The translations under genes were made by a program, and so were the position numbers. From a virus (Duplodnaviria > Caudoviricetes), in IMG/VR virus record IMGVR_UViG_3300036766_000221, positions 1 to 58,172 of that record: a DNA stretch of 58,172 bases. The stretch is one strand, 5' to 3'. Every line of letters begins with the position of its first letter. Position 1 is the first letter of the stretch. Below, in pieces: positions 1 through 9,400 of this stretch. The notes under the pieces were generated by a model that saw nothing but the letters and a program-made list of their open reading frames with translations, was not told the origin of the DNA and ran no database searches.

Positions 1-103
1 ACAGGACCATCGACAAGTAGATCCCAGTTCGTCTCGGCCAGACTTTTCCAGTTTCTCGTCATAACCCAATCCCCGGGGCGTCGCCCGGCGAGCGCCCGAA
101 ATG
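1..103. repeat. Copy of 56640..56742 (identical over the first 76 nt); start of an alternative allele
   Basis: Direct comparison: ACAGGACCATCGACAAG...CCAATCCCCGG is identical, followed by scattered mismatches. Confidence 0.95.
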
Positions 104-556
104 CTGCCGCAGCCATGGCACGAATGAAGCCGAACCGCCAAAGTCAAAGTCATCAAACCAGGCCGCCAGGGTGCCAGTTCTCATCCGCGCGCCCAGCCAC
201 AACACCTGCTCCGGCCGCGGCTTCTTACCGGGCGCTTTCAGTTCGAAGAAAAAGAATTCCACGCGCCCAGCGTCTCTGAGCGGCCGGTACGCGAACCAGT
301 CTGCGGCGCCCTTCTCGCCGATCCGGATGCGGCTCTCCGGATCGTAAGGCCGCGCGAATAATCCAGAGTTCTGCCGCACCACGGTCCAGCCCAGCGCTTG
401 CAGGTACCGGACCACTTGCGCTGTGAGCTGGTTCTCCGGTAGATCCTCACGCTTGCGCTTTGGTCGCGGGAGTCTCGCGGGAGTCTCGCGGGAAGATTTT
501 TCACGGCTGCGCTCCATGAACGCAAACTGCTCGGTGGTGAGACGAATCCTACTCAC
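59..556 (-). CDS. VRR-NUC domain nuclease, allele A
   Basis: GTG start with GGAGG SD; E..L...GW, G.AD and FELKAPGKKP..EQ..W PD-(D/E)xK motifs; paralogous to 56698..57207. Confidence 0.8.
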   Translation of the reverse strand: MSRIRLTTEQFAFMERSREKSSRETPARLPRPKRKREDLPENQLTAQVVRYLQALGWTVVRQNSGLFARPYDPESRIRIGEKGAADWFAYRPLRDAGRVEFFFFELKAPGKKPRPEQVLWLGARMRTGTLAAWFDDFDFGGSASFVPWLRQHFGRSPGDAPGIGL

Positions 557-696
557 CGTTCGGCGGCCTCCAGGCGCTCCAGCACTTCCTCGGCAACCCA
601 ATCCTCGATCCCCTGCACCAGACCGCGTACATCTTCGTGCCCTGCTGCGAGCGCGGCCAGGCACTCCCGCTGCTCCTGAAGACAGCGCTCGATCAC
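553..696 (-). CDS. Small hypothetical protein (47 aa, VIERCLQEQRECLAAL...)
   Basis: Start and stop overlap both neighbours (GTGA-type coupling); N-terminal part repeated at the window end. Confidence 0.55.
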   Translation of the reverse strand: MIERCLQEQRECLAALAAGHEDVRGLVQGIEDWVAEEVLERLEAAER

Positions 697-722
697 TTAA
701 CCTCACCGATGATTTCCCGCTT
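596..722. repeat. 127-bp exact repeat of the window end (58046..58172); circularisation overlap
   Basis: Direct comparison; exactly 127 nt. Confidence 0.97.
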
Positions 723-1340
723 AAGCGCGCCTACTTTGTCGTTATCCGTCTGGACCTCACCGAACAGCGCCACAATCCACAAGCGCTTGCCCTTCCACTG
801 GTCTGGATTTAGTGTTGCGTGGAGAGCTCCCGGACCACACAGCCGAAGTGGTCCTTGGACTTCCTGCACTACTCCGGGCTGTGCGGGGACGCCATGCCCA
901 CCATTGGCCGGCGCACCGTCTTCGCACGATCTCCAAAAAGCCAGATAGGCATCGGAACGCCACAGCTCCCGAAAACGTTTTTGTTGCTGCTCGCCCCAAG
1001 CTTTGATCGCCGTCTGCGCGCAAGCCCACCAATAGCCGTCGCCGTCGCCGTCGCCGTAGCCGGAGCCGGAGCCGGAGCCGGAGCCGTAGCCGGAGCCGTA
1101 GCCGTCGCCGGAGCCGTAGCCGGAGCCGTAGCCGTCGCCGGAGCCGTAGCCGTCGCCGTAGCCGGAGCCGTAGCCGTCGCCGTCGCCGTCGCCGTAGCCG
1201 TCGCCGTAGCCGTAGCCGGAGTCGCAACCGGAGCCGTAACCGGAGCCGTCGCCGTAGCCGTAGCCGGAGCCGGAGCCGGAAAACTTTTCAACCCACCGAG
1301 GGATTACGCCGAATACTACGCCCACGGAGATTTTTCCCAT
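693..1340 (-). CDS. Gly-Tyr/Ser/Asp (GYGDGSG) low-complexity repeat protein with a conserved C-terminal phage domain
   Basis: About 80 aa of G-x repeats encoded by 6-nt units (1035..1280); C-terminal LCGPGALHAT...WIVALFGEV...KVGALKREII; start uncertain. Confidence 0.75.
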   Translation of the reverse strand: MGKISVGVVFGVIPRWVEKFSGSGSGYGYGDGSGYGSGCDSGYGYGDGYGDGDGDGYGSGYGDGYGSGDGYGSGYGSGDGYGSGYGSGSGSGSGYGDGDGDGYWWACAQTAIKAWGEQQQKRFRELWRSDAYLAFWRSCEDGAPANGGHGVPAQPGVVQEVQGPLRLCGPGALHATLNPDQWKGKRLWIVALFGEVQTDNDKVGALKREIIGEVK

Positions 1341-1597
1341 TTTTCGACGGCCCCAGGAGAGACCTCGCTCACGGAAGTTATTTCGCGCAGTTCGATATTC
1401 GCTGCGGGACCAATTCTGCAACTCTTGCTTGGGCCATGCGAAGCCAACCCCATGAAGCCGTGCAAATCCGTTGACCAGTAGACGCAGAGACGCGCCGCGC
1501 GCAAGTTTATTGTGGCACCGGCCGTTTCGGTAGCGTAGCCAAAAAACACGCCCTTGTGGGCTGTCGTCACTAATACCGCCCGTTCCTTCTGTTTCAT
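1316..1597 (-). CDS. DUF6948-like small phage protein
   Basis: VLVTT.HKGVFFG...L..AR...YW...GLA..GP pattern; typically lies upstream of GYG-repeat genes. Confidence 0.65.
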   Translation of the reverse strand: MKQKERAVLVTTAHKGVFFGYATETAGATINLRAARLCVYWSTDLHGFMGLASHGPSKSCRIGPAANIELREITSVSEVSPGAVEKWEKSPWA

Positions 1598-1612
1598 CCG
1601 TTTTTCCCCTTT

Positions 1613-1930
1613 TCAAAATTCAGCCGCCGTCGTTTCCTTCGGCGCCTCGAGCAACGAATACCGCTCCATGAACCGCCGGCACGCCGCGATGTGCTCCCCG
1701 TATTCGGCAATCTCCGTCTCGCTATAGCATTCTTTTTTGCCGATGCGCTTGTAGTGCTTCTCCCACCAGCCCAGAGCTTTCGTGTGGCAGCCTATTGAAA
1801 TTTCTCCGTAGCTCCAAACAATCACTGAATCGCGGGTCCCGAGGATTTGCAGCACCTTCGGCGTGATGCCTTTCACGCCGCTCAGGTTCGCGCCGCCCAG
1901 GTTCGCGCCGCTCAGGTTCGCGCGAATCAA
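1613..1930 (-). CDS. Pentapeptide-repeat protein (short, 5' end possibly disrupted)
   Basis: ANLSG ANLGG ANLSG repeats then IGCH...WW domain; the coupled ATG at 1985 is in another frame. Confidence 0.7.
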   Translation of the reverse strand: MIRANLSGANLGGANLSGVKGITPKVLQILGTRDSVIVWSYGEISIGCHTKALGWWEKHYKRIGKKECYSETEIAEYGEHIAACRRFMERYSLLEAPKETTAAEF

Positions 1931-1981
1931 CTACCGGACTGAAACTGCGCTCGACGCTGTAACACGGGGGCACAGGCTCTC

Positions 1982-2266
1982 TCATTTCTTTTGCTTTCGG
2001 AACCTCTCGCGCTCAACGCAGCTTATGAAGTGATTGGCCCCATCGCCGTCATACGGGGTAGCGATCCCGTTCTTGTGGCGCACCCACGTGATCGGCGACG
2101 CGCAGCCCTTGCAGAGCCCGTGGTCTCCGATGTTGCCCAGCAGCCGCGTGATGCTGGCGCGCAGTACGATCTCCGCGCTGGGCGCCGGCGCTTCGGATGC
2201 TGGGCCCTCGTCGAACAATCCGGCATCGCTCATCTCAGCAATTCCCGCTGCCGAATCTCCCGGCAC
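1982..2266 (-). CDS. Hypothetical protein with Zn-binding motif
   Basis: CKGC...HFISC; operon coupling. Confidence 0.6.
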   Translation of the reverse strand: MPGDSAAGIAEMSDAGLFDEGPASEAPAPSAEIVLRASITRLLGNIGDHGLCKGCASPITWVRHKNGIATPYDGDGANHFISCVERERFRKQKK

Positions 2267-2457
2267 AAAGCCTCGATTTCACGCTCCGTGGTTTTGCTCA
2301 TCGGAGCATCCTCTGGCACCACTTCGATATCCACGGGGAACCGCCGCAGGCAGTCTAGGCAGATCACCTTGCCGTTGATCGGACGCTGCCAGCGGTGCCA
2401 CTGGCGGCACCAGAATGGGGGCTTGCGCACATCACGGTAGCTTGTGGGGTGGATCAT
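2230..2457 (-). CDS. Small Cys/His hypothetical protein
   Basis: C..WH.W...C.DC; ATGA overlap with upstream gene. Confidence 0.5.
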   Translation of the reverse strand: MIHPTSYRDVRKPPFWCRQWHRWQRPINGKVICLDCLRRFPVDIEVVPEDAPMSKTTEREIEALCREIRQRELLR

Positions 2458-4223
2458 GAAAATAGCCTCTCGCTGGCCCGCACCTGCCCGCGGCACTCGC
2501 TGACCACAAGGCGGCGCGCAGCAAGACGGCTCAGGTATGCGTCCCGGCTAGAGCGTTTATAGCCGGTGCGTTCGTCCAGATCCTCTCGCGCTACGGGCTT
2601 TCCCGCGTGCTTAACCAGGATTTCCAGAATCTTGCGTTCGCCCTCCGGCAAACGCGCGAACCAATATTCCTGGAGAGCATCTCCGGTAGGCAATGGCTCA
2701 TAATCCGATCCAAGCGCTGCAAGGCCCTCTGCCGTGACCGCGATTGTCTGACCATTCACAGCGACATATCCGCGAGCCTGTAATCGCGCGATGTAAGCGT
2801 CCCGGCTTGATCTTTTGTAACCGGTTAACACCATGAGTTGGCCGCGCTCCACATCTCCAAACTGGCCCGCGGCTATCAAAACAGCGCGCTCGCCGGGAGG
2901 GAGATGGCCGTTGCTCTCCGCGGCTTCACGCGGCGCGCGCGGGATTACTACTTGTCGTGGGGGGATACGGGACACGGGCGGCGCTTGGATCGCCACCGAG
3001 GGCGCCCTCTTCACTTCTTCGATGATCCCGGCCAGGTTAGGCATCACGGGCGGCGCTTTAACGCCTTCGAGTTCCGTAATCCCCTTTTTGATAGCGGCGA
3101 GAGCGGTTTCCAATGCTCCATCCGCTGCCAATACGCATTTCCTGAAGGCCCGCTCATATTTCAGCATTTCCGTTGCCAGCGCAGCTTTCACCGACATCGC
3201 CCCGCGCTCGAACTCACGCTTCAGCCGGTCAGGATCAGGCGCGACTGCGGCTACCGGCTTGGCCTTCTCTATCTGAGCGATCTTCGCCCGGGCCTCTGCT
3301 AACTGCCGGCGCAGTTCGCGCGGGTCCTCCGCCTTGGCCTTTTCGATGGTCGCGGCCATGCTGGTGCGGAGCTGGTCCATGTCGATGGGCGCCAACTCGC
3401 GCACGGTCGCGCGCCGCCCAACCTCCGGGGTACTCGACGCGTTGAAAGTGCGCTTCGGATCGATGTGCACTTCTTTCGAGGTGCGAAGCCATTGCGGGCT
3501 CCAGACGTGTGCATGGCCGACTTGCAGGCGGGGGAGTAGTTCGCCGATGTCCTCGTTAACGCCCTTTTCCGCAACCCACTGCTCGATGGCCTTGCGCTCC
3601 TGCGGGCCCGTCATCTGGAAGGCGAACAGGCACTCGGTCTGATTGAGCGCTTTCTTGTTAACCTCCTGCGGGCGCTGCGAAATCAGGGATACGCCGATGC
3701 CAAAATTGCGCCCCAACTTCTCGATGCGTTGGAAGGCATGGAGCATGCGCTCCTCACCCTTCTGTGGGTTCTGCGGAACGAACTCCTGGCACTCTTCGAT
3801 GAAAACGTGGATAGCGGACGGCGCAGCCTTCTTCCGAAAAAAGAAACGATCCGCCCACTCCTGCCCGAAGCGGGCCTTCTGGCTGTCATGCTCGAACTGG
3901 CTGACATCGAGCACTACGGAGATCCCGCGGTCCACGATAAGATCGGCAACCAGCGTCCCGCCGGTCCACTCCAGCGGTATATCACCATGCAGGCCGCCGA
4001 ACACGGGAATGCTGATGCCCGGCTGTTTGCCATCGGACGCAAGACGCAAGCCGTACCACACGCCCACGCAGTCCAGGATTACCACTTGCGCGCCGGCATC
4101 GATCATTTCTTCGGCGAGCTTGGAAGCGCCATAGGTCTTTCCGCTCCCAGTTCGACCCAGCCACGCGAACTTCTGGGTGACGGCATCTTTAGGCAGCGAG
4201 AGGTTGGACGCTAGTTTCAGCAT
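2454..4223 (-). CDS. HerA/FtsK-family (DUF87-like) ATPase with tandem C-terminal winged-helix repeats
   Basis: Walker A GRTGSGKT, Walker B VFIEECQ, GRNFGIG..ISQRP; duplicated TGYKRSSRDAY motif. Confidence 0.85.
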   Translation of the reverse strand: MLKLASNLSLPKDAVTQKFAWLGRTGSGKTYGASKLAEEMIDAGAQVVILDCVGVWYGLRLASDGKQPGISIPVFGGLHGDIPLEWTGGTLVADLIVDRGISVVLDVSQFEHDSQKARFGQEWADRFFFRKKAAPSAIHVFIEECQEFVPQNPQKGEERMLHAFQRIEKLGRNFGIGVSLISQRPQEVNKKALNQTECLFAFQMTGPQERKAIEQWVAEKGVNEDIGELLPRLQVGHAHVWSPQWLRTSKEVHIDPKRTFNASSTPEVGRRATVRELAPIDMDQLRTSMAATIEKAKAEDPRELRRQLAEARAKIAQIEKAKPVAAVAPDPDRLKREFERGAMSVKAALATEMLKYERAFRKCVLAADGALETALAAIKKGITELEGVKAPPVMPNLAGIIEEVKRAPSVAIQAPPVSRIPPRQVVIPRAPREAAESNGHLPPGERAVLIAAGQFGDVERGQLMVLTGYKRSSRDAYIARLQARGYVAVNGQTIAVTAEGLAALGSDYEPLPTGDALQEYWFARLPEGERKILEILVKHAGKPVAREDLDERTGYKRSSRDAYLSRLAARRLVVSECRGQVRASERLFS

Positions 4224-4747
4224 TACCACGCATCCTCAAGCGCCAGGCCGATCTGCCCGACCTCGTACAGCTCCAGCGTGACCTCGATGCGCGGGTGCGC
4301 TGCGTCCTTGAGTAGGCGGCTGCCATCCCAGGAAGCGATCAAAGAATCGTCGGCAATTATTCCTGCGCCGTTGCGCGCGAGCTTGCCAGGATTCTTCTTC
4401 GATTGCTTCGGAGCCTGCAGAAAATCACCAAGCGCTTGGTAGTAGCCGCAGGCGTCGCCGGTTAACGCTTCCCGGTAGAAAAGCGCCCGCACGTTCATGG
4501 GCTGGCTGATGGGCAGACAGAATCCTTTGGGGATCATCCAAGCCTTTGCAAGCACCCTTCGTATTTCCGCCGCCTGTTTCATCGCGTCTTTAAACCAACG
4601 CGTGTACTGCGCACTCGGAATCAGCATCGCCCGTCCGAGATTGCGAATAATCCGGGAATGGGTTTTCTTCGTCCTCGGTGGACCCAGAATTGCGAACGTC
4701 GGGCAGACGGTGATGCGCGGTGACGGAATGGAGTGCAGGGCTGACAA
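4223..4747 (-). CDS. RusA-like Holliday junction resolvase
   Basis: PRTKK, GD..YYQALGD.L, GIIADD..I and PRIEV motifs. Confidence 0.7.
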   Translation of the reverse strand: MSALHSIPSPRITVCPTFAILGPPRTKKTHSRIIRNLGRAMLIPSAQYTRWFKDAMKQAAEIRRVLAKAWMIPKGFCLPISQPMNVRALFYREALTGDACGYYQALGDFLQAPKQSKKNPGKLARNGAGIIADDSLIASWDGSRLLKDAAHPRIEVTLELYEVGQIGLALEDAW

Positions 4748-4875
4748 GGTTGGCTACGCTCCGACTGCGGCCTCACGGACGGGCTTGGTGTAGTTGGCAG
4801 TGACGTATAGCCGCCTGGTCATGCTCTTTTCCAGGTGCGCGTAACGGATTGTGGCTCCCGTGAACGTAATCGTGC

Positions 4876-5536
4876 TCATGCTTTCGTTCCTTCCTTTTCT
4901 TGAATGTGTTCGCCGTACCGATCGCACTCAAACAGCACCGTGCCCTCCCGGAATGCGATCTTGTGTGGATATTCCGGTATGCAGCGCCAGGCGAATAGAT
5001 CGGCGGTGCGAATGGAAATCGCAACATAGCGGTCACCGGAGATAGTTCGGAATTCATCCGCCAAAAACGGCGCGGCGCAAGCGTGGAATTTGCCGGACCC
5101 ACATTCTTCGGTGTCGGGTGCCCAGCGCGGATGAGATACCGTGCTGCCCGGCTGCCAGCACGTCTCGTTCTCGCTGCCCTCTTGAGTCAGAAACTCCTTC
5201 GAAACGCGCTTGTAGAGCGTTACCTTTTTATGCACAATCTTGATCCCATTCATCCCCAGCCAATCCTCATTACTCTCGATTCGCGCTCGCTCAATGACAC
5301 TCGCCTTAGCCGATTTGCAAATTATTTTGCATGCGGCCAGACGAAAACAAACGGCTATCCAGAACAGCACGACGGTAACGCTATCGCTGTGCGCATGGAC
5401 CGAAACGGACCCACAGGGCCTTACTTATAATCAGCGTGGCTTTTGCGTCTGATCGGATTTCGATGATCGTGTAACTCTCGAAATGATCGGGCAGCGCATC
5501 CAGTTCGGCCTGCGTGCGAACAACTATGGTTTTCAT
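4876..5536 (-). pseudogene. Phage protein split by a frameshift near 5418 (ORFs 5381..5536 and 4876..5370)
   Basis: MKTIVVRTQAELDAL... continues in another frame as CGSVSVHAHSDSVTVVLF...LYKRVS...ECGSGKFHAC. Confidence 0.6.
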
Positions 5537-5549
5537 TTTGTTTTGGCTC

Positions 5550-5696
5550 AATCGCTGCGACCCTTTCTCGTTTGGGATCCAGGTCCGGTTCACCGAAAAG
5601 GTGGGAGAGCCGCAGCGATTCAGTCAAAGGAGCAAGGCCATCTGTTCGGGTAACCTCCCGGCTTGCTCCAGTGAATGCTCTGGCTTCAGCGCATTC
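5550..5696 (-). ncRNA. Candidate structured RNA or leader (three consecutive hairpins)
   Basis: AATCGCTGCGGCTC/GGGTCGCAGCGATT (14 bp), GGAGCAAG/CTTGCTCC and GAATGCGCTG/CAGAGCATTC in an intergenic gap. Confidence 0.45.
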
Positions 5697-5748
5697 GCCC
5701 GTCCTTTCTCCGCCTGATGCCGGCGGCGCAATTTACAGGAGGAAACTG

Positions 5749-6033
5749 CTACGCGGGCATCGGCTGAATGGAGACGGCAACCACCTGGAAGGCACCCGCT
5801 TTCGTGTCCCAGTTCTCGAATCCCATATGCCCGCTCGCGCTAACCCCAACCGTCTTTTCGGGGCCGAATGTGTCAAGACATTGAGCGATCATCCCCTGAA
5901 CTCGCCGAACCGTCTCTCTCTCGCCTTCATCGCACAGACCGCCGGGTGTGGCCGCTAGCGGATACGAAAACTGCCGCTCAAGCTCGGTCTTAACATCGGC
6001 AACGGTTCCTTTTGTGCTTACGCTCCAACTCAT
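5749..6033 (-). CDS. Hypothetical protein
   Basis: ATG with AGGAG SD; 94 aa. Confidence 0.7.
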   Translation of the reverse strand: MSWSVSTKGTVADVKTELERQFSYPLAATPGGLCDEGERETVRRVQGMIAQCLDTFGPEKTVGVSASGHMGFENWDTKAGAFQVVAVSIQPMPA

Positions 6034-6065
6034 CGTTTGCTCCTTTTTCTCTCTACTATTGGAAA

Positions 6066-7328
6066 CTACGCCATCGTCTCGACCTTCAATTGAGGATCGG
6101 CGCCCACGCGGGCGCTGACGATCTGGAACCCGCTCTGCTTCGCGGCTTCGATGAAATCCGCCATGGTTTGCTGGTCCAGGTGCTCCAGATTGTCAGCCAC
6201 CATCAACGGCAAAGAACCGGCCTTCAGCGAGGCGATCTGAAACGAAAGAAGAATCTTCCGCGCGGTGTTGATCTGCGTCTCGAACGACAGCCCGTTTATG
6301 AAAATCTCGCCCTCGCGGACCTCGACCCCAGCTATGGGCAGTTTGGCCAGGCGCTCGCGCTTGAGATTTTCCAGGTTTTCGAGAAACACCGTCATCCGAT
6401 CCGACTTGCCCGCCGTCTCGCGGTATTTGGCGCGCATCTGCTCAATAGTCTGTTTCATGCCGGCGACTTTGGCGGATTGCTCAAGATTCGCCCGGGCCAA
6501 TGCGATCTCCTGCTGGTGCTTAGATCGGGGCTCACAGAATCGTTCCGTGATTGCGTGAAGATTTCCCTCGGCTAGTAGGCGGGCGTCATCTTTGGCCCGT
6601 TCGGCCTGCTTGGTGATCTCCTCCAGCTCTTCGCTAAGGTTCTTGGCTACAATGGCGCGCTGCGTGGCTTCAGCCTCGCCCAGTTTCCCGAGTTCTGCTT
6701 CCTGCGCCGCCGCTTGCTCGCGCCAATCGATTTCTTCACCATCCGCCGGCAGATTGTGCGACAAATCCCGGATCGTTCCTTCGGCATCGCGTGCCTGGCG
6801 ATTCAGCGCGGCGCGCTCGTCGAACAGCCGCTTATGGACACCGTTGAATTGATCCAGTGTCAGAGGGTCGGGAAACCGCTCGCCCATCGCGGCCTGAACT
6901 TCCTCCACCGAAAAATGCACGGGCATGGCTTCCAGCAGAAATTTCGCACGGTCCTTCTTGTCCGCCATGATGAAGCTGAGCGGATCAAAGGCAAAGCTGG
7001 CGGCTAAGGAATCGACGAAGGCTTGAGGCTTTGGGACCTCTACACCATCGGGCGATACCACCTTCAGCGTGTACCCCGTTACCGTGGTAGTTCGCGTCAC
7101 GGTGAAGCCATTCGTCAGCGTCATCTGCACGACGCTCTTTTTTGTGCCCCTGCGGATGCGGTCCGGATGATATCCGCTCTCAAAGATTCCCTTGATGGCG
7201 TCCAGGCAGGAGCTCTTGCCGGATCCGTTCACCCCCGTGATAATCGTCAGCGCACCGGGCCGGATCACCAAGTGCTCGATACTGAAGGTGTCTGTGATTT
7301 CAAAGTCCTTCACGCGGATATCTGGCAT
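6066..7328 (-). CDS. SMC/Rad50-like ATPase with coiled coil
   Basis: N-terminal GVNGSGKS, central coiled coil, C-terminal LMVADNLEHLD. Confidence 0.85.
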   Translation of the reverse strand: MPDIRVKDFEITDTFSIEHLVIRPGALTIITGVNGSGKSSCLDAIKGIFESGYHPDRIRRGTKKSVVQMTLTNGFTVTRTTTVTGYTLKVVSPDGVEVPKPQAFVDSLAASFAFDPLSFIMADKKDRAKFLLEAMPVHFSVEEVQAAMGERFPDPLTLDQFNGVHKRLFDERAALNRQARDAEGTIRDLSHNLPADGEEIDWREQAAAQEAELGKLGEAEATQRAIVAKNLSEELEEITKQAERAKDDARLLAEGNLHAITERFCEPRSKHQQEIALARANLEQSAKVAGMKQTIEQMRAKYRETAGKSDRMTVFLENLENLKRERLAKLPIAGVEVREGEIFINGLSFETQINTARKILLSFQIASLKAGSLPLMVADNLEHLDQQTMADFIEAAKQSGFQIVSARVGADPQLKVETMA

Positions 7329-7333
7329 CTGGA

Positions 7334-8659
7334 TTACTCCTTCCTTGGCTTGCGTCCGAATTCCCAGCGCTTGGCGGTGCTCGACGCAGTAGCGGTGCTT
7401 GGCGGCGCGGGGGCAGGCGTCGGCTTAGCCATCGCTTCGGCAGTCTCTACCACGGCCAGTAATTGACGGTACGCCGCCTCTCCGTTTTCCGTGGTGAGCG
7501 AAAACGGATCGCAGTCCTGCCCGGTCCCGAAACTCTGCATGAGGCGCGCGTACTCCTTTGGGCCGTTATCCATCGCCTCGACCAAGCGCTTGCGCAGGTC
7601 GAAGAATATGTTGTTGCGGCCCTCTTCGTTGTCCCAAGGGATCGCAGAGATGGGCTTTACGGACGGCTCTGCAGGCGCCGACTGCTCCTGCTGCATCTTG
7701 GCCAACTTTTCTTCCGCAACCTTCGCCGCGGCCTCAACTGAACCGGATGGGTTTTTCCCATCCAGGATCGATTGCCATGTCTCACCTTCCTTCACCGCCG
7801 TGTAGACGCCGCGCAATTCGTTCAGCTCCAGCGACGTGATCTTCGAGACCGAGTGGCCAAGATACATTTGCAGATCGGCGACCGTGATACTCTTCGCGTC
7901 AAACGCCTTCACAATGCGTTCGAGAGCGGCCTCGCTGCTCAGCCCCTTCAGCGTGGCCTGGATCTGCTCTTCGCACTTGTCCAGGATGTCGCCAGGCATG
8001 AATCGGAGCACGTTGCGGATGAATTTGGACCAGGCCGACGCCTGCTTCATTTGCAGCTCGTCTTCCGTCGAAGCCACGATGTAAACCGTGTCGCCATTGG
8101 AGTTTTTCCGCTCGTCCAAGACATCTTTTCCGGCCGGCGGCTCGACGCGCCCGTTTTTCACGTAGCCGCGGCGCTCGACGGTTTTGTTGAGCTGGATCTC
8201 CGAGCAGAGGGGGATGTTGTTTTCGAGGTCAATACACATGAAACGGACGATGCGCTTCCGCTCGTCTTCGTAGACGATCTTGGAATCGCAGAAGACATTC
8301 ATCCACCAGCGCATCGCGGCTTCGGCAAAGCGGATCGACCAGCCCTCGACGAACCCGTTTTCCCATTCATTGGTCTCAGCATTGCGATGGCGTTGCGGCT
8401 TCTTATAGCGCGCGACTTCCGCGAATCCAGGGCGTTCGCATTCCTTCAGAAGACCGGCCTCGAACCTGGAAAGGTTTCGCGGATGCCGTTCCGCCATGAT
8501 GAAGATGGCGCCGATAGTGGCCTTCTCGCGCTCCGCGGTCGCGCTGGCGGCGGTCTCGGCGATCTGCTGAACTTCGGTTGATCCGAAAGTCTGCCGGGTA
8601 ACTTCCTGGCCGAATTCTCGTTTCGCCAGCTCGTCGATGGTTGCGTTAGCAGTACTCAC
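7334..8659 (-). CDS. Putative ssDNA-annealing/recombination protein
   Basis: A...PRN...C.RP.FAE.A.Y...EGWSIRFAE pattern; next to the SMC-like ATPase in the early region. Confidence 0.55.
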   Translation of the reverse strand: MSTANATIDELAKREFGQEVTRQTFGSTEVQQIAETAASATAEREKATIGAIFIMAERHPRNLSRFEAGLLKECERPGFAEVARYKKPQRHRNAETNEWENGFVEGWSIRFAEAAMRWWMNVFCDSKIVYEDERKRIVRFMCIDLENNIPLCSEIQLNKTVERRGYVKNGRVEPPAGKDVLDERKNSNGDTVYIVASTEDELQMKQASAWSKFIRNVLRFMPGDILDKCEEQIQATLKGLSSEAALERIVKAFDAKSITVADLQMYLGHSVSKITSLELNELRGVYTAVKEGETWQSILDGKNPSGSVEAAAKVAEEKLAKMQQEQSAPAEPSVKPISAIPWDNEEGRNNIFFDLRKRLVEAMDNGPKEYARLMQSFGTGQDCDPFSLTTENGEAAYRQLLAVVETAEAMAKPTPAPAPPSTATASSTAKRWEFGRKPRKE

Positions 8660-8940
8660 GATTTTGAACCTCCAGTTGCCAATTGCTCAATGGCCTCAGC
8701 GAATGCGACCGCGTCGCAGGCCAAGCACGCCGTTCCTTCCGTCATGTGCTCCAGACACTTGAACTCCCGGCAGGATTCGCACTTGCGCGCGCAGCAATTC
8801 TGCCTGCCCGCAGGAGCCGCGCAATTGGAGCAGGGCTGCATCGGGCCGAATATCCACTCCAGGGCAGGCTCGACGGTGCCTTCCACGGTTCGGCTTTCGC
8901 CGCACTCGCAGATGACCGTGTATTGCCGCAGCAAACTCAT
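8656..8940 (-). CDS. Cys-rich Zn-finger hypothetical protein
   Basis: Multiple CxxC motifs; GGAG SD. Confidence 0.6.
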   Translation of the reverse strand: MSLLRQYTVICECGESRTVEGTVEPALEWIFGPMQPCSNCAAPAGRQNCCARKCESCREFKCLEHMTEGTACLACDAVAFAEAIEQLATGGSKS

Positions 8941-9211
8941 CACATCTCCATCCATCGAATGACGCCCGCGAACATCAGCACGCTCACGATGCAGATCAAA
9001 ATGGCCAGACACTCGTCGCGCTGATTACCCTTCGGCGCGGGTTGCTGGCGCGGCCCGAAAATGCGGGGCATGAAGACCAGCATCATCATCGGCTCACGAC
9101 GAGGGCCAGCAAAAGCAGAACAATAGCCGCTGCCTCTACGTAGACTCCAGCCATCAGCACGAACGCCAGGCGGAGATTCAGGGATTCACCCGAAGGCACT
9201 CCCCCATGGGC

Positions 9212-9391
9212 CTAGTCCGTTTCCTCGTCTTCGCCCTTCACGGAGGGCAGCTTGGCCATGACCAGCTCGGATACGATCTCGCCCATATCCACATTTCGGG
9301 AGGCAGCCGCCACCCGAACGCGGGTATGCGTGGCCGGAGTCACCAAAATGTTCATCCGTTTCGTGAATTGCTGTGATAGTGTTGATGCCAT
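9212..9391 (-). CDS. Cro-position ribbon-helix-helix regulator
   Basis: KRMNILV strand plus two helices (THTRVRVAAA / MGEIVSELV); first gene of the early operon. Confidence 0.6.
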   Translation of the reverse strand: MASTLSQQFTKRMNILVTPATHTRVRVAAASRNVDMGEIVSELVMAKLPSVKGEDEETD

Positions 9392-9400
9392 CGGTAGATG

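Noticed and set aside
1035-1280. Possible CRISPR array or non-coding repeat
   Set aside because: 6-nt coding units of a Gly-x protein; no repeat-spacer structure
2833-8581. Many long plus-strand ORFs (also across 11-48 kb)
   Set aside because: Antisense shadows of GC-rich minus-strand genes, with no recognisable motifs
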